This document shows, one piece after another, positions 37,900-46,215 of a DNA stretch of 58,914 nucleotides (positions within the stretch are counted from its first letter, which is position 1; each line of letters begins with the position of its first letter). Source of the stretch: a bacterium (lineage in GTDB: Bacteria > Patescibacteriota > Minisyncoccia > UBA6257 > JAGOQP01). The stretch spans positions 1 through 58,914 of the forward strand of contig JAKAIF010000002.1 in NCBI GenBank assembly GCA_021814445.1, read 5' to 3'. Under the pieces are notes generated by a model, which saw nothing but the letters and a program-made list of their open reading frames with translations, was not told where the DNA came from and searched no databases. The position numbers and the translations under genes are program-made.

Positions 37900-38370
37900 A
37901 TGAAAGTATTATTACTCTCATCTATTCCCAAAATAGGTCAGAAGGGAGAACTTATTACCGTCTCCGACGGATACGCAAAAAACGCCCTATTCCCAAAAAA
38001 ATTGGCGGTCGCTGCAACACCAGGTATGATTCATGATTGGGAAGAGAAAAAACAAAAAGAAGCAATTCAAAAAGAAGAACGAAAAGAGATCATTAAGAAA
38101 ATCATTCCAGAAATTCAAAAACATATTTTTGCATTTACAGTGAAGACAGGAAAAACAAGCGAGGTATTCACCTCAATTCATCAAGAAGAAATTCAAAATG
38201 CGCTGGCTCAATTTCTTATGGCACAAAGCAAACTCTTAGGAAATGAAGATATTCATCTTGAATTAAAACCTATAAAAGAGTTGGGAGATCATGAGATTCA
38301 AATCCGTATTGGAAGAGAAGAACATATACAAAAAACGTATACCCACATACAAATCAATGCGGAAAAATAG
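37900..38370 (+). CDS. rplI: 50S ribosomal protein L9
   Basis: MKVLLL...GQKGELITVSDGYAKNALFPKKLA. Confidence 0.9.
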   Translation: MKVLLLSSIPKIGQKGELITVSDGYAKNALFPKKLAVAATPGMIHDWEEKKQKEAIQKEERKEIIKKIIPEIQKHIFAFTVKTGKTSEVFTSIHQEEIQNALAQFLMAQSKLLGNEDIHLELKPIKELGDHEIQIRIGREEHIQKTYTHIQINAEK

Positions 38371-38374
38371 GAAA

Positions 38375-38403
38375 TAAAAAAACGGCCATATGGCCGTTTT
38401 TTG
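38375..38403. terminator. Bidirectional terminator
   Basis: AAAAAACGGCCATATGGCCGTTTTTT. Confidence 0.7.
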
Positions 38404-38421
38404 TTGTATATAATAACCACT

Positions 38422-38709
38422 CTAAGCACTCACCACAGGAACAACTGATATTTTAGTGGCGTAACGAGGTTTACCATTAAATAAGGCCTTCTTAGTTAAT
38501 TTAAAGGCAACACGACCTGATTTTGAGGCATACAGGGTGTCATCTGATCCACGACGAACATTGGTTCCACAGAGATACCGCGCTCCTCGTTGACGAATTA
38601 AAATTTCACCAGTTTTTACAAATTGGTTTTGTTGACGTTTTACTCCTAGATATTTTGGTTGAGAATCGCGTCCATTTCTGGAAGATCCTAGCTGCTTCGT
38701 ATGTGCCAT
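38422..38709 (-). CDS. rpmA: 50S ribosomal protein L27
   Basis: [24 protein letters not shown]...RQRG. Confidence 0.95.
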   Translation of the reverse strand: MAHTKQLGSSRNGRDSQPKYLGVKRQQNQFVKTGEILIRQRGARYLCGTNVRRGSDDTLYASKSGRVAFKLTKKALFNGKPRYATKISVVPVVSA

Positions 38710-38775
38710 AGTAAGTAATGAAAATCCCAGATTTCAATTGGGAATTAAAGAAAGTATATAGTATAATAGGGGACA

Positions 38776-38946
38776 ATGTCAATATACTTCATACACAATA
38801 CGAAAGCGTGGATAAAAGAAAACAAAACAACCATTATATTGGGTATACTTGCATTTCTAGCGCTCTCTATTGCCTTTGGCGCAGGATATCTCACTGCGCG
38901 AGATTTCACCCAGGTACCCATTATTATCCAACAGAATAAGTCTTAG
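38776..38946 (+). CDS. 56-aa single-TM protein (not in the ORF track; alternative frame to 38718-38939)
   Basis: TATAAT-8 nt-ATG. MSIYFIHNTKAWIKENKTTIILGILAFLALSIAFGAGYL... Confidence 0.35.
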   Translation: MSIYFIHNTKAWIKENKTTIILGILAFLALSIAFGAGYLTARDFTQVPIIIQQNKS

Positions 38947-39015
38947 AAATTACTTGCCTCGCTAAGGCTATACGAAGCAGGAAAATTAGAAATTAGAAAT
39001 TGGATATTAGAAATT
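38946..39015. repeat. AATTACTTG plus GC hairpin, followed by AGAAATT heptads
   Basis: CTTGCCTCG...CGAAGCAGG hairpin (38953-81), then AGAAATT AGAAATT GGATATT AGAAATT. Confidence 0.6.
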
Positions 39016-39789
39016 CTATTTAAGGTATCCTATTTGTTTTAGAATAGGTTCGTTTTCCCATTCCCACAGTTTCTTTGCGCCAAGAAACGCCTCATAGTCA
39101 TGCCGCCAATCAAGACATTCTTTTAATTCAACATCTCCCACCATACCATCCCATTCATGCTGACAGGCAAGCGCGGCCTCTTTTAAACCTCTTTGCCATG
39201 GCACACGCACTTTCTCGCGTCCACCTTTAGAACGTAGCAGGGCGCCACACTTTGCGCATTTTTGATGCTGGTCAATACGAAGAATCCAACGTGTGGTAAG
39301 AATAGGCAATTCTTTTTCAAGCGCTGCCATATAGGCTGCGGTCTGAAGGTTATAATCCCGATAGATAGATTGAGATGTTTTAATATCTAATACCCCCCAC
39401 ACGCCATCAATACACGCGACTGCATCAATCGTTCCCGCATAGCGATCAGTATGATTTGCCAAACGATATTCTACAAACGAAGGATCAATTTGAATATGTT
39501 TTTCTTCAGTAAATTTTGTAAATGCATCCACCGCCCCGCGAATAGAATCGGGTATAACAGGGGATTGTTTCATCATAAGAGCCTCCACTGTTTCATGAAT
39601 AAGAGTTCCCTCAGATGCGGATTGTTGTTTAATACGCTCTCCCTCATCAAAACTTTTCAATTCTCCATAGAATTTATAGAGTGCGGGCTTTGCTTTTATT
39701 TCAACAATTTTGGTGACGCGAGGATACCATACTCCATTGATATCATATCCACCCATTTCACGAAAATCAGATAGTGATTCAAATGCCAT
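39016..39789 (-). CDS. RecB/Cas4-like PD-(D/E)XK nuclease with a C-terminal Cys-rich insert
   Basis: GTLIHETVE, IDAV...VLDIKTS, QTAAYMAAL, CAKCG...CQHEW. TATACT box 6 nt upstream of the ATG. Confidence 0.75.
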   Translation of the reverse strand: MAFESLSDFREMGGYDINGVWYPRVTKIVEIKAKPALYKFYGELKSFDEGERIKQQSASEGTLIHETVEALMMKQSPVIPDSIRGAVDAFTKFTEEKHIQIDPSFVEYRLANHTDRYAGTIDAVACIDGVWGVLDIKTSQSIYRDYNLQTAAYMAALEKELPILTTRWILRIDQHQKCAKCGALLRSKGGREKVRVPWQRGLKEAALACQHEWDGMVGDVELKECLDWRHDYEAFLGAKKLWEWENEPILKQIGYLK

Positions 39790-39829
39790 ATGAGTAGTAT
39801 AGTACTGCAAAGGGGCATAAGAATAAATA

Positions 39830-39858
39830 TTGACATTAGTAATATAATATAGTAATAT
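39830..39858 (+). promoter_or_regulatory. Sigma70-type promoter
   Basis: TTGACA-17 nt-TAATAT. Confidence 0.55.
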
Positions 39859-39913
39859 ATAGATTGAGACATTTAACAACTTAAAAATAATTTTTTATCT
39901 GCTGGAGGATAAA

Positions 39914-40261
39914 ATGAAGCGATTTGTTAATACTTTTAAAATAGCCCTGTGGATGTTTTTTATTATAATAACATTCATGGGACCTGGGTTCATAGGATTG
40001 CTATTTTTCTTCAAAAAACAATTTCTTATATTCTTTATCTTGGTTGTCTTTAATGTCCTATGGGTAGTATATACTCCAAAGGGGATAAGCACATGGGTAA
40101 AGAACATCTCCAAAAAATTAATTCTCAACGGGAGGAAAATTTACCTCGAAGATTCAATAAGAAAAGAAAAAGATTCTAATGAGAGGTTATATCTGCGGTT
40201 AAAACTCCGAAATATTGAAGAAGAACTCGGAGGGGTAGCAAATCCGGAGAATGGGAAGTAA
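39914..40261 (+). CDS. Hypothetical 2-TM membrane protein with a charged tail
   Basis: GGAGGA SD 4 nt upstream of the ATG. Confidence 0.55.
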   Translation: MKRFVNTFKIALWMFFIIITFMGPGFIGLLFFFKKQFLIFFILVVFNVLWVVYTPKGISTWVKNISKKLILNGRKIYLEDSIRKEKDSNERLYLRLKLRNIEEELGGVANPENGK

Positions 40262-40461
40262 AGATTTAATTAGCATAACAAGAGAGAGGATTGAGGTTCT
40301 AAGCCTTAATACCTCTCTTCTTTTTCTATACTATCTGTCGCACAATATACATTTTGCGACATGTATATATATCAAACTAGATACTGAATACCTTTTATAT
40401 CCAAAAGAGCCCCAAGGGGCCCTTTTTTAATCATCTTCCATTAATTAAATAGATATCTTTT

Positions 40462-40731
40462 CTATTTAAATATTCCTAGAGCCCAATTAAGAATATCCAT
40501 AAGGACATTTACTATGGTCACTAAGATTGCTACAACTAATTTTAAAAAGTTAACAAGGAATGAGGTGCTAGATCCATCTCCAGATCCACCAAATAAAGAA
40601 CCCGCTGAGCCAAATAAGGTATCCGCAAGACTTGCGATCCTATTCCATAAACTGAGCACACCATCCCACAACCCTTGTTTTTGAAGAAATGTGATGACTG
40701 GACTTAATGCATCTAAAATGATTTTTTCCAT
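40462..40731 (-). CDS. Hypothetical 89-aa protein (Gly/Ser linker plus C-terminal TM)
   Basis: ORF downstream of the M23 gene. No family recognised. Confidence 0.45.
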   Translation of the reverse strand: MEKIILDALSPVITFLQKQGLWDGVLSLWNRIASLADTLFGSAGSLFGGSGDGSSTSFLVNFLKLVVAILVTIVNVLMDILNWALGIFK

Positions 40732-40803
40732 GGTGATGATTACTATTGAAAATTATAAATTCTTTTACACTATTATTATATCACACAAATAAAAAAGTGA
40801 ACA

Positions 40804-42075
40804 TTATAAAGCTAAATAATTCCTCGGATTTAAATCTCCTCCAAATGGCATTTTGGGACCACAAGAATTACTCTGACCAATACGAAATGTTGAAGAATCA
40901 TACACCCCAAAATGAAGGTGGGGACCTGTAGCATATCCCGTATTACCCGAATACCCAATCAATTGTCCTTTTTTAACACTATCCCCTTCTTTAACCACCT
41001 GAAGTGAAAGATGTGCATACAACGTGGTAAATCCGATAAGATGTTTAATAGCAACATATTTTCCATACGCCCCCTTACGACAATACAAATCTTGATTTGC
41101 AACCGAGATAACCGTTCCATCATATGCCGCAAAAAGAGGTGTTCCGACAGGCGCCCCAAAGTCCATACCATTATGATAGCCACTTTTATACAACTTCTTT
41201 GCTGATTTTGTATATCCTTGTTCTTGTGTAATATGCGGGTCAGAAAGTGGTACTGCTAAAATCCCCGATCCAGATTTTGGAAGATCTTTGTAATCAATCT
41301 TATCACGCAACGGAGCTTCTAATGCATCAATCTCAGCCGCAATTTCCGCCTGACGTTTTTCTAGTTCTTTTAAAGACTCCTGATACGACGCCTCTCTCGT
41401 TTTTGTATCTTTTAATACCTGATTTTTTTCTTGTTTCAACTCAGCTGCAATAAGCCTACGATTTTTTAAATTTTCTTGTTCTAGCTCTTTATCACTTTTC
41501 TTCTTTGCGGTTGAATCCAGGACCACCGTGAGAGTGTCATGGGCATTTTGTAGCTCTTGTATTTTTATAATAAGCGTCTGATTTAAATCGACGAGCCCCT
41601 GCATCGTTTGGATACCATCGGATAAGCTTTTTGCGCGTATAAATGAGACTAATGGGTTATCTTGCTCAGACACCTGCATCTGTTTGAATATTTCAGCCAC
41701 CGCTTCACCTTTCTGGGTTAAATCTTTTTCGGCAGAAATAATATCATCATGTAAAGAATCAATCTCCACATCAAGTTTTTTCACGGTTATTTGACTCGCG
41801 GCTATTCCAAGATCAGCCTGCTTTATAGTAGTGTCTATTTTTTTTAATTCCGAAGAAAGGGTTTGTTTTTGTTGTTGGGTCTCGGTTAATTTCTGTTGAT
41901 TCTCCAAAATCTTTTTTTGTATCTCAGCAAGCTCCTTATTGCGTTGATCAATTTGTGCTTTCGTATCAATAGCCACAGATACCGCAGACGCAAAATAAGG
42001 TATTCCGTAGAAAATACTCATACACACAATAATAATTACACAATAAAAACGTCGCAGTGTATATACAGTAGACAT
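40804..42075 (-). CDS. M23 peptidoglycan metalloendopeptidase with a long coiled coil (EnvC-like architecture)
   Basis: HNGMDFGAPVGTP and GPHLHFGV motifs. N-terminal TM plus about 250 aa of coiled coil. Confidence 0.85.
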   Translation of the reverse strand: MSTVYTLRRFYCVIIIVCMSIFYGIPYFASAVSVAIDTKAQIDQRNKELAEIQKKILENQQKLTETQQQKQTLSSELKKIDTTIKQADLGIAASQITVKKLDVEIDSLHDDIISAEKDLTQKGEAVAEIFKQMQVSEQDNPLVSFIRAKSLSDGIQTMQGLVDLNQTLIIKIQELQNAHDTLTVVLDSTAKKKSDKELEQENLKNRRLIAAELKQEKNQVLKDTKTREASYQESLKELEKRQAEIAAEIDALEAPLRDKIDYKDLPKSGSGILAVPLSDPHITQEQGYTKSAKKLYKSGYHNGMDFGAPVGTPLFAAYDGTVISVANQDLYCRKGAYGKYVAIKHLIGFTTLYAHLSLQVVKEGDSVKKGQLIGYSGNTGYATGPHLHFGVYDSSTFRIGQSNSCGPKMPFGGDLNPRNYLAL

Positions 42076-43562
42076 TATGGTGATACAGGTTCACGTGATA
42101 ATTCGCCAGCTATTTTTGCAATAGCAATGTCAATACGTCGCAATGATTCCTCTTTACCAAGCGCTTCTAAAATATCAAACGGCCCAGGAGAATTACGTTC
42201 TCCACAGAGAGCAACACGCAACGGCCACAACACCTCTCCCCTCCCCAATTTTTCAGCAACGGGCATAAGGACAGCTTCAAGATGAGCTGCGGTAAAGTCA
42301 ACGTCAGATTCATTACTCAATAAATTTCGTATGCCCGATAAATGATCCGCAGAAACCGCAAGAGATACCTTTTGCCATCCCAAGAGAGATACATCATATT
42401 CTCCAAGCACAAAAAAGAATTTTGCAAGATCAACAAAATCAGAAAGTTTTTTCATACGTTCCCGTTCCAATATTGCCGCTCGTTCCATAAGATGTGTTTG
42501 CATAGCCCACTCTTCAGGGACAAAAACTTTTAATTTCTCAATAAGTTCTTTAATAGGAAGTGCCTTGATGTATTGAGCATTGAACCAATCTAATTTTTCC
42601 ATATTAAATATACCTCCTGATTTTTGCACGCGTTTTAATGAAAATCGCTCAATCATTTCTGGGATAGTTAGAAGTTCTTGCTCATCCTGGGAACTCCACC
42701 CAAGCAGTACTAGAAAGTTTAATAATGCCTCCGGTAAATATCCATCTTTTAAATATTCAACGAATGAAGTTTCTAAACTACGTTTTGAAAGTTTTTTTCT
42801 GTCAGGAGTCAGTACGAGTGGCAAATGAGCATAGAGAACTTCATCAAGTCCAAGCATTCGTTGAATTAAAAGTTGTTTTGAGGTATTGGTAATATGATCT
42901 TCTCCGCGAATAATATGTGAAATTTTCATTTCATAATCATCAATAACATTCGCAAGATTAAAGAGGGGCGTAGATATATTACGCGCGATTACCATATCTC
43001 CTATGGTATCGCTCATAACTGATATAGTACCCCTAATAATATCGTGAAATGCCAACTCTATACCGAGAGGCACAACCAACCGTATAACCGAAGATTTGTT
43101 TTGTTTTAAATTATCAGAAATTTCCTCATCGCTTAAGTGACGACAGGTGCCTGTATATCTAGGAGTAAGACCATTTGCCATCATCGCACCACGCTGAGAT
43201 TCAAGTTCCTCTTTCGAACAAAAACAATAATATGCTTTCTTTTCAGTAAGAAGTTTCTCAATATATTTTTTATAGATATCGCCTCGTTCGGTTTGACGAT
43301 ATGGCCCATACGGCCCACCAATATCCGGACCCTCATCCCAATGTAAACCCAACGACTTTAAGCCGTCTAAAATTTCATTCTCATATATGGAAAGGGAACG
43401 CCCTGGATCAGTGTCTTCTATGCGTACCACAAATGAGCCGTGCTCTTTTTTGGCGAATAAATAATTATATAACGCGGCCCGCACCGTGCCTAAATGCAAA
43501 TGCCCCGTGGGAGATGGCGCAATACGTACCCGAATTGGTTGTTTTTCTGTCTTTTCGGTCAT
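42075..43562 (-). CDS. gltX: Glutamate--tRNA ligase
   Basis: PSPTGHLHLGT (HIGH) and KLSKR (KMSKS) motifs. Confidence 0.95.
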   Translation of the reverse strand: MTEKTEKQPIRVRIAPSPTGHLHLGTVRAALYNYLFAKKEHGSFVVRIEDTDPGRSLSIYENEILDGLKSLGLHWDEGPDIGGPYGPYRQTERGDIYKKYIEKLLTEKKAYYCFCSKEELESQRGAMMANGLTPRYTGTCRHLSDEEISDNLKQNKSSVIRLVVPLGIELAFHDIIRGTISVMSDTIGDMVIARNISTPLFNLANVIDDYEMKISHIIRGEDHITNTSKQLLIQRMLGLDEVLYAHLPLVLTPDRKKLSKRSLETSFVEYLKDGYLPEALLNFLVLLGWSSQDEQELLTIPEMIERFSLKRVQKSGGIFNMEKLDWFNAQYIKALPIKELIEKLKVFVPEEWAMQTHLMERAAILERERMKKLSDFVDLAKFFFVLGEYDVSLLGWQKVSLAVSADHLSGIRNLLSNESDVDFTAAHLEAVLMPVAEKLGRGEVLWPLRVALCGERNSPGPFDILEALGKEESLRRIDIAIAKIAGELSREPVSP

Positions 43563-43672
43563 ATGTACAGAGTATCAAAAAAACGAGATAAAATGAAGTG
43601 TTGTAAAGAAAACCATAAAAAAGTCCCGCTATTTCTAGCGAGATCTTTAAAATAAAAATAGGGATACTTTTT

Positions 43673-44047
43673 CTAACTTTGAGAAACTGGAAGAATCAGC
43701 ATCCCTTGATACAAGCTCATGATAGCTGTCGGGGGCACAACATGAGATGACTCTGATTGAAGAATGACAAGTCCTCCGAGATACTCCTTTGCCTTTTTGA
43801 GAATAGTCTTATTGACCTCATAATTGATACTAGAATCATTAATAAGAGGCATGGAAACATCTTCAGAATAAATAAGAGAGCTTACTAAGACGTTATCTTT
43901 ATTATCCTGCAGAAAATCAATTATAAGAAACCTATTTTGTTCATCATAATCATGAACAACGACGGGAATCTTATAGTGGTTTTCTATAAAATTTCGAAAC
44001 GTTTCATCTTTAAAGCTTTTTTGGGGGTGAAAAATATGGACCTCCAT
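43673..44047 (-). CDS. Hypothetical 124-aa protein
   Basis: GGAGA SD 7 nt upstream; own terminator. No family recognised. Confidence 0.5.
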   Translation of the reverse strand: MEVHIFHPQKSFKDETFRNFIENHYKIPVVVHDYDEQNRFLIIDFLQDNKDNVLVSSLIYSEDVSMPLINDSSINYEVNKTILKKAKEYLGGLVILQSESSHVVPPTAIMSLYQGMLILPVSQS

Positions 44048-44173
44048 ATCTTTTTCTCCTTCGTTAGTTTAGAAAAATATATCTAGAAAGAACCAAAAAG
44101 AGAATATACTAAAAATACAATCGTGTCAATACAATATTGAATACTCCCCTCTTTTTTGATACCATTTTTATAT

Positions 44174-44230
44174 TGCGGGATCGCCCGCCTCCTGCATGCG
44201 CAGGCATGGTGCAGGCAGGTCTAATGGTAG
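44174..44230 (+). pseudogene. Displaced 5' fragment of tRNA-Gln (nt 1-21) interrupted by a 35-nt GC-rich hairpin
   Basis: TGCGGGATCG (10/10 match) and GTCTAATGGTAG (12/12 match) to the intact tRNA at 44501-44521, in the same order. Confidence 0.65.
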
Positions 44231-44244
44231 AAGCCCCAACTTCC

Positions 44245-44493
44245 ATGTGGTACGTTTATATGCTAAAAAGTAACACGAGAAATTGGTACTACGTAGGAAG
44301 CACAAATGATGTAGAAAGAAGAGAAAAAGAACATAAACATGGACTAGTAAAATCAACTCGCAATCATCGTCCACTAGTAAAATGTTTTGTAAGAATGTTC
44401 GAGACAGAGAAAGAAGCAAGATTATACGAACAAAAATTAAAAAAATGTAGAAGAGAAAAAGAAGGGATAATAAAAAATATAATTAATTCGTGA
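44245..44493 (+). CDS. GIY-YIG nuclease domain protein (UPF0213/YhbQ-like)
   Basis: MWYVYMLKS...WYYVGSTNDVERREKEH...E...E pattern. The track start at 44137 reads through the tRNA fragment. Confidence 0.8.
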   Translation: MWYVYMLKSNTRNWYYVGSTNDVERREKEHKHGLVKSTRNHRPLVKCFVRMFETEKEARLYEQKLKKCRREKEGIIKNIINS

Positions 44494-44500
44494 ACACTGC

Positions 44501-44571
44501 TGCGGGATCGTCTAATGGTAGGACACATGACTCTGAATCATGTAATCTAGGTTCGAGCCCTGGTCCCGCAG
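44501..44571 (+). tRNA. tRNA-Gln (anticodon CUG)
   Basis: Manual cloverleaf: TGCGGGA/TCCCGCA acceptor, GTCT/GGAC D-stem, CATGA-CTCTGAA-TCATG, CTAGG-TTCGAGC-CCTGG. No encoded CCA. Confidence 0.9.
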
Positions 44572-44593
44572 CAGTGTTCATAAAAATAGTTAA

Positions 44594-44648
44594 TAGGACA
44601 CATGACTCTGAATCATGTAATCTAGGTTCGAGCCCTGGTCCCGCAGCA
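44594..44648 (+). repeat. Perfect 55-nt duplicate of the tRNA-Gln 3' part (nt 19-71 plus CA)
   Basis: Identical to 44519-44573. Ends 1 nt before ATG 44650. Confidence 0.9.
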
Positions 44649-44649
44649 T

Positions 44650-45366
44650 ATGCAAAAAACAATAAAGATAAAAACAAAAGATAACCACTATATCTACGGA
44701 AATCTATACAAGGCCAACAAGAAACCAAAAGGGCTCGTTATTTTTTGTCATGGATTCACTGGGCACAGAAATGAACACATATTTTTCAATGGGGCAATAT
44801 TTTTTTCACAAAAGAATTATGATACGTTCCGCTTTAATTTCTATGGGCCAGAGAAAGGAGCGAGGCATTTTGAAGAAACCACAATAAGCCAACACGGCAA
44901 AGATTTAACAACAGTTATCAATTATTTCAAGAATACCTATCAGAAGATTTATCTAGTGGGACATAGTTACGGAGGAACCTCAATTCTCTTCTCAGATACA
45001 CAACATGTTTCTGCCGTAGTGCTTTGGGATGCGTCCTATGTTGTCGGGGAGAATGAGAAAAAAGATTCTGATTGGAAGATAATGAATGGAGAATATTATA
45101 TTGACTGGGGAATGTCTATAAAAGTGGGCAAAAAATTTACAGATGAATTATTTAATTTCCCAGACTGTGGAGATATGGCCTCAAAAATTAAGAAACCTAT
45201 TCAATATATTGGAGCAGGAAAAGGATTAGACGCAAAAAAATATTACAAAGCAACCAACACAACAAAAGACATTACAATCATCAAAAATGCCAGCCATAAT
45301 TTTAATTCCCCAGAAACTGAAAAAGAGTTATTTACAGAAACATACAACTGGATAAAAAGATTTTAG
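44650..45366 (+). CDS. Alpha/beta hydrolase
   Basis: GHSYGG nucleophile elbow, HGFTGH, C-terminal ASH. Confidence 0.8.
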   Translation: MQKTIKIKTKDNHYIYGNLYKANKKPKGLVIFCHGFTGHRNEHIFFNGAIFFSQKNYDTFRFNFYGPEKGARHFEETTISQHGKDLTTVINYFKNTYQKIYLVGHSYGGTSILFSDTQHVSAVVLWDASYVVGENEKKDSDWKIMNGEYYIDWGMSIKVGKKFTDELFNFPDCGDMASKIKKPIQYIGAGKGLDAKKYYKATNTTKDITIIKNASHNFNSPETEKELFTETYNWIKRF

Positions 45367-45390
45367 TGCTCCATTTAGAAAATATACAAA

Positions 45391-45416
45391 ATAGTACCTC
45401 TGTGGTACTATTTTTA
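45391..45416 (+). terminator. Intrinsic terminator
   Basis: ATAGTACC-tctgt-GGTACTAT followed by TTTT. Confidence 0.6.
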
Positions 45417-45426
45417 TATTAAAAAT

Positions 45427-46206
45427 ATGTCTATAAAACTAACCATATTGGGAACAGGAACGTTTTTTGTAAATAAGAACCGCTCAGCATCTGCTTATCT
45501 CCTAGAAATAAAAGGTAAAAAAATACTCATAGATTGCGGACCAGGAACCCTCATGAGATTGTCACAATTAGGAATAAAACTAGAAGACATTGACTATGTT
45601 TTCATAACTCACTTCCACGCCGATCACACATCTGATTTATTCCCCTTCTTTATGAATTTTCGCCTAAACGATTTTTTTATAAAAAATAAGAATACAAAAT
45701 ACCCAAAAATTATTGGACCGGTTGGAATTAAAAAATTTATAATAAATCTCTCTAAAGATTTCCAACTTCCTGCATTACAGAAATGGAATAAAGTAGAATT
45801 TATAAACATAAAGCCATCCCAAAAAATAGAAAATATAAAAGTAGAAGCCTATAAAGTAAAACATATTGCTTTTGGACTTCGTGCGAATGCGTATGCGTAT
45901 CGTTTTTCTATAGATAATAAGATCATATCTTTTTCGGGAGATTCGGTGAGATGTCCTGGGGTTGAAAGGGCTTGTAGAAATTCAGATGTTTTCGTTTGTG
46001 ACGCATCGTATCCAAAAGGAATGGGAAATCTTGCTCACATGGATACACAGGATATAGCAGAGATTGCATCAAAACAAGATGTGAAAAAAATAATTTTGAG
46101 TCATTTCTATCCTCAATATGATTCGGTCAATCTCATAAAAGAAATAAGGGAAAAATTTTCAGGAGAAATAGTAAAAGGTAAGGATTCAATGATAATTTTA
46201 ATATAA
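45427..46206 (+). CDS. MBL-fold metallo-hydrolase, RNase Z/ElaC-like
   Basis: LTILGTG...LIDCGPGT...ITHFHADH motif order as in RNase Z. Confidence 0.8.
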   Translation: MSIKLTILGTGTFFVNKNRSASAYLLEIKGKKILIDCGPGTLMRLSQLGIKLEDIDYVFITHFHADHTSDLFPFFMNFRLNDFFIKNKNTKYPKIIGPVGIKKFIINLSKDFQLPALQKWNKVEFINIKPSQKIENIKVEAYKVKHIAFGLRANAYAYRFSIDNKIISFSGDSVRCPGVERACRNSDVFVCDASYPKGMGNLAHMDTQDIAEIASKQDVKKIILSHFYPQYDSVNLIKEIREKFSGEIVKGKDSMIILI

Positions 46207-46215
46207 AAGAGATAT

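Larger units (their letters stand above)
44231..44593 (+). mobile_element. Candidate 363-bp insert: GIY-YIG gene plus intact tRNA-Gln, lodged in the D-arm of an older tRNA-Gln gene
   Basis: Bounded by complementary tRNA fragments that overlap by TAG. Confidence 0.45.

Noticed and set aside
38718-38939. 73-aa ORF from the track
   Set aside because: The product is Cys/His/Tyr-rich with no features. The overlapping 56-aa frame (38776-38946) encodes a clean single-TM protein behind a TATAAT box. Both remain uncertain.
44594-44648. Classical integrase-type genomic island with attL/attR at the tRNA-Gln 3' end
   Set aside because: The two 55-nt repeats are only 20 nt apart and nothing lies between them. 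There is no integrase in the window, and a matching 5' fragment lies upstream. The D-arm insertion model explains all three pieces better.
44483-44728. ORFs on both strands (44490-44684 + and 44483-44728 -) with internally repeated peptides
   Set aside because: The repeats are translations of the duplicated tRNA-Gln sequence, not protein repeats.
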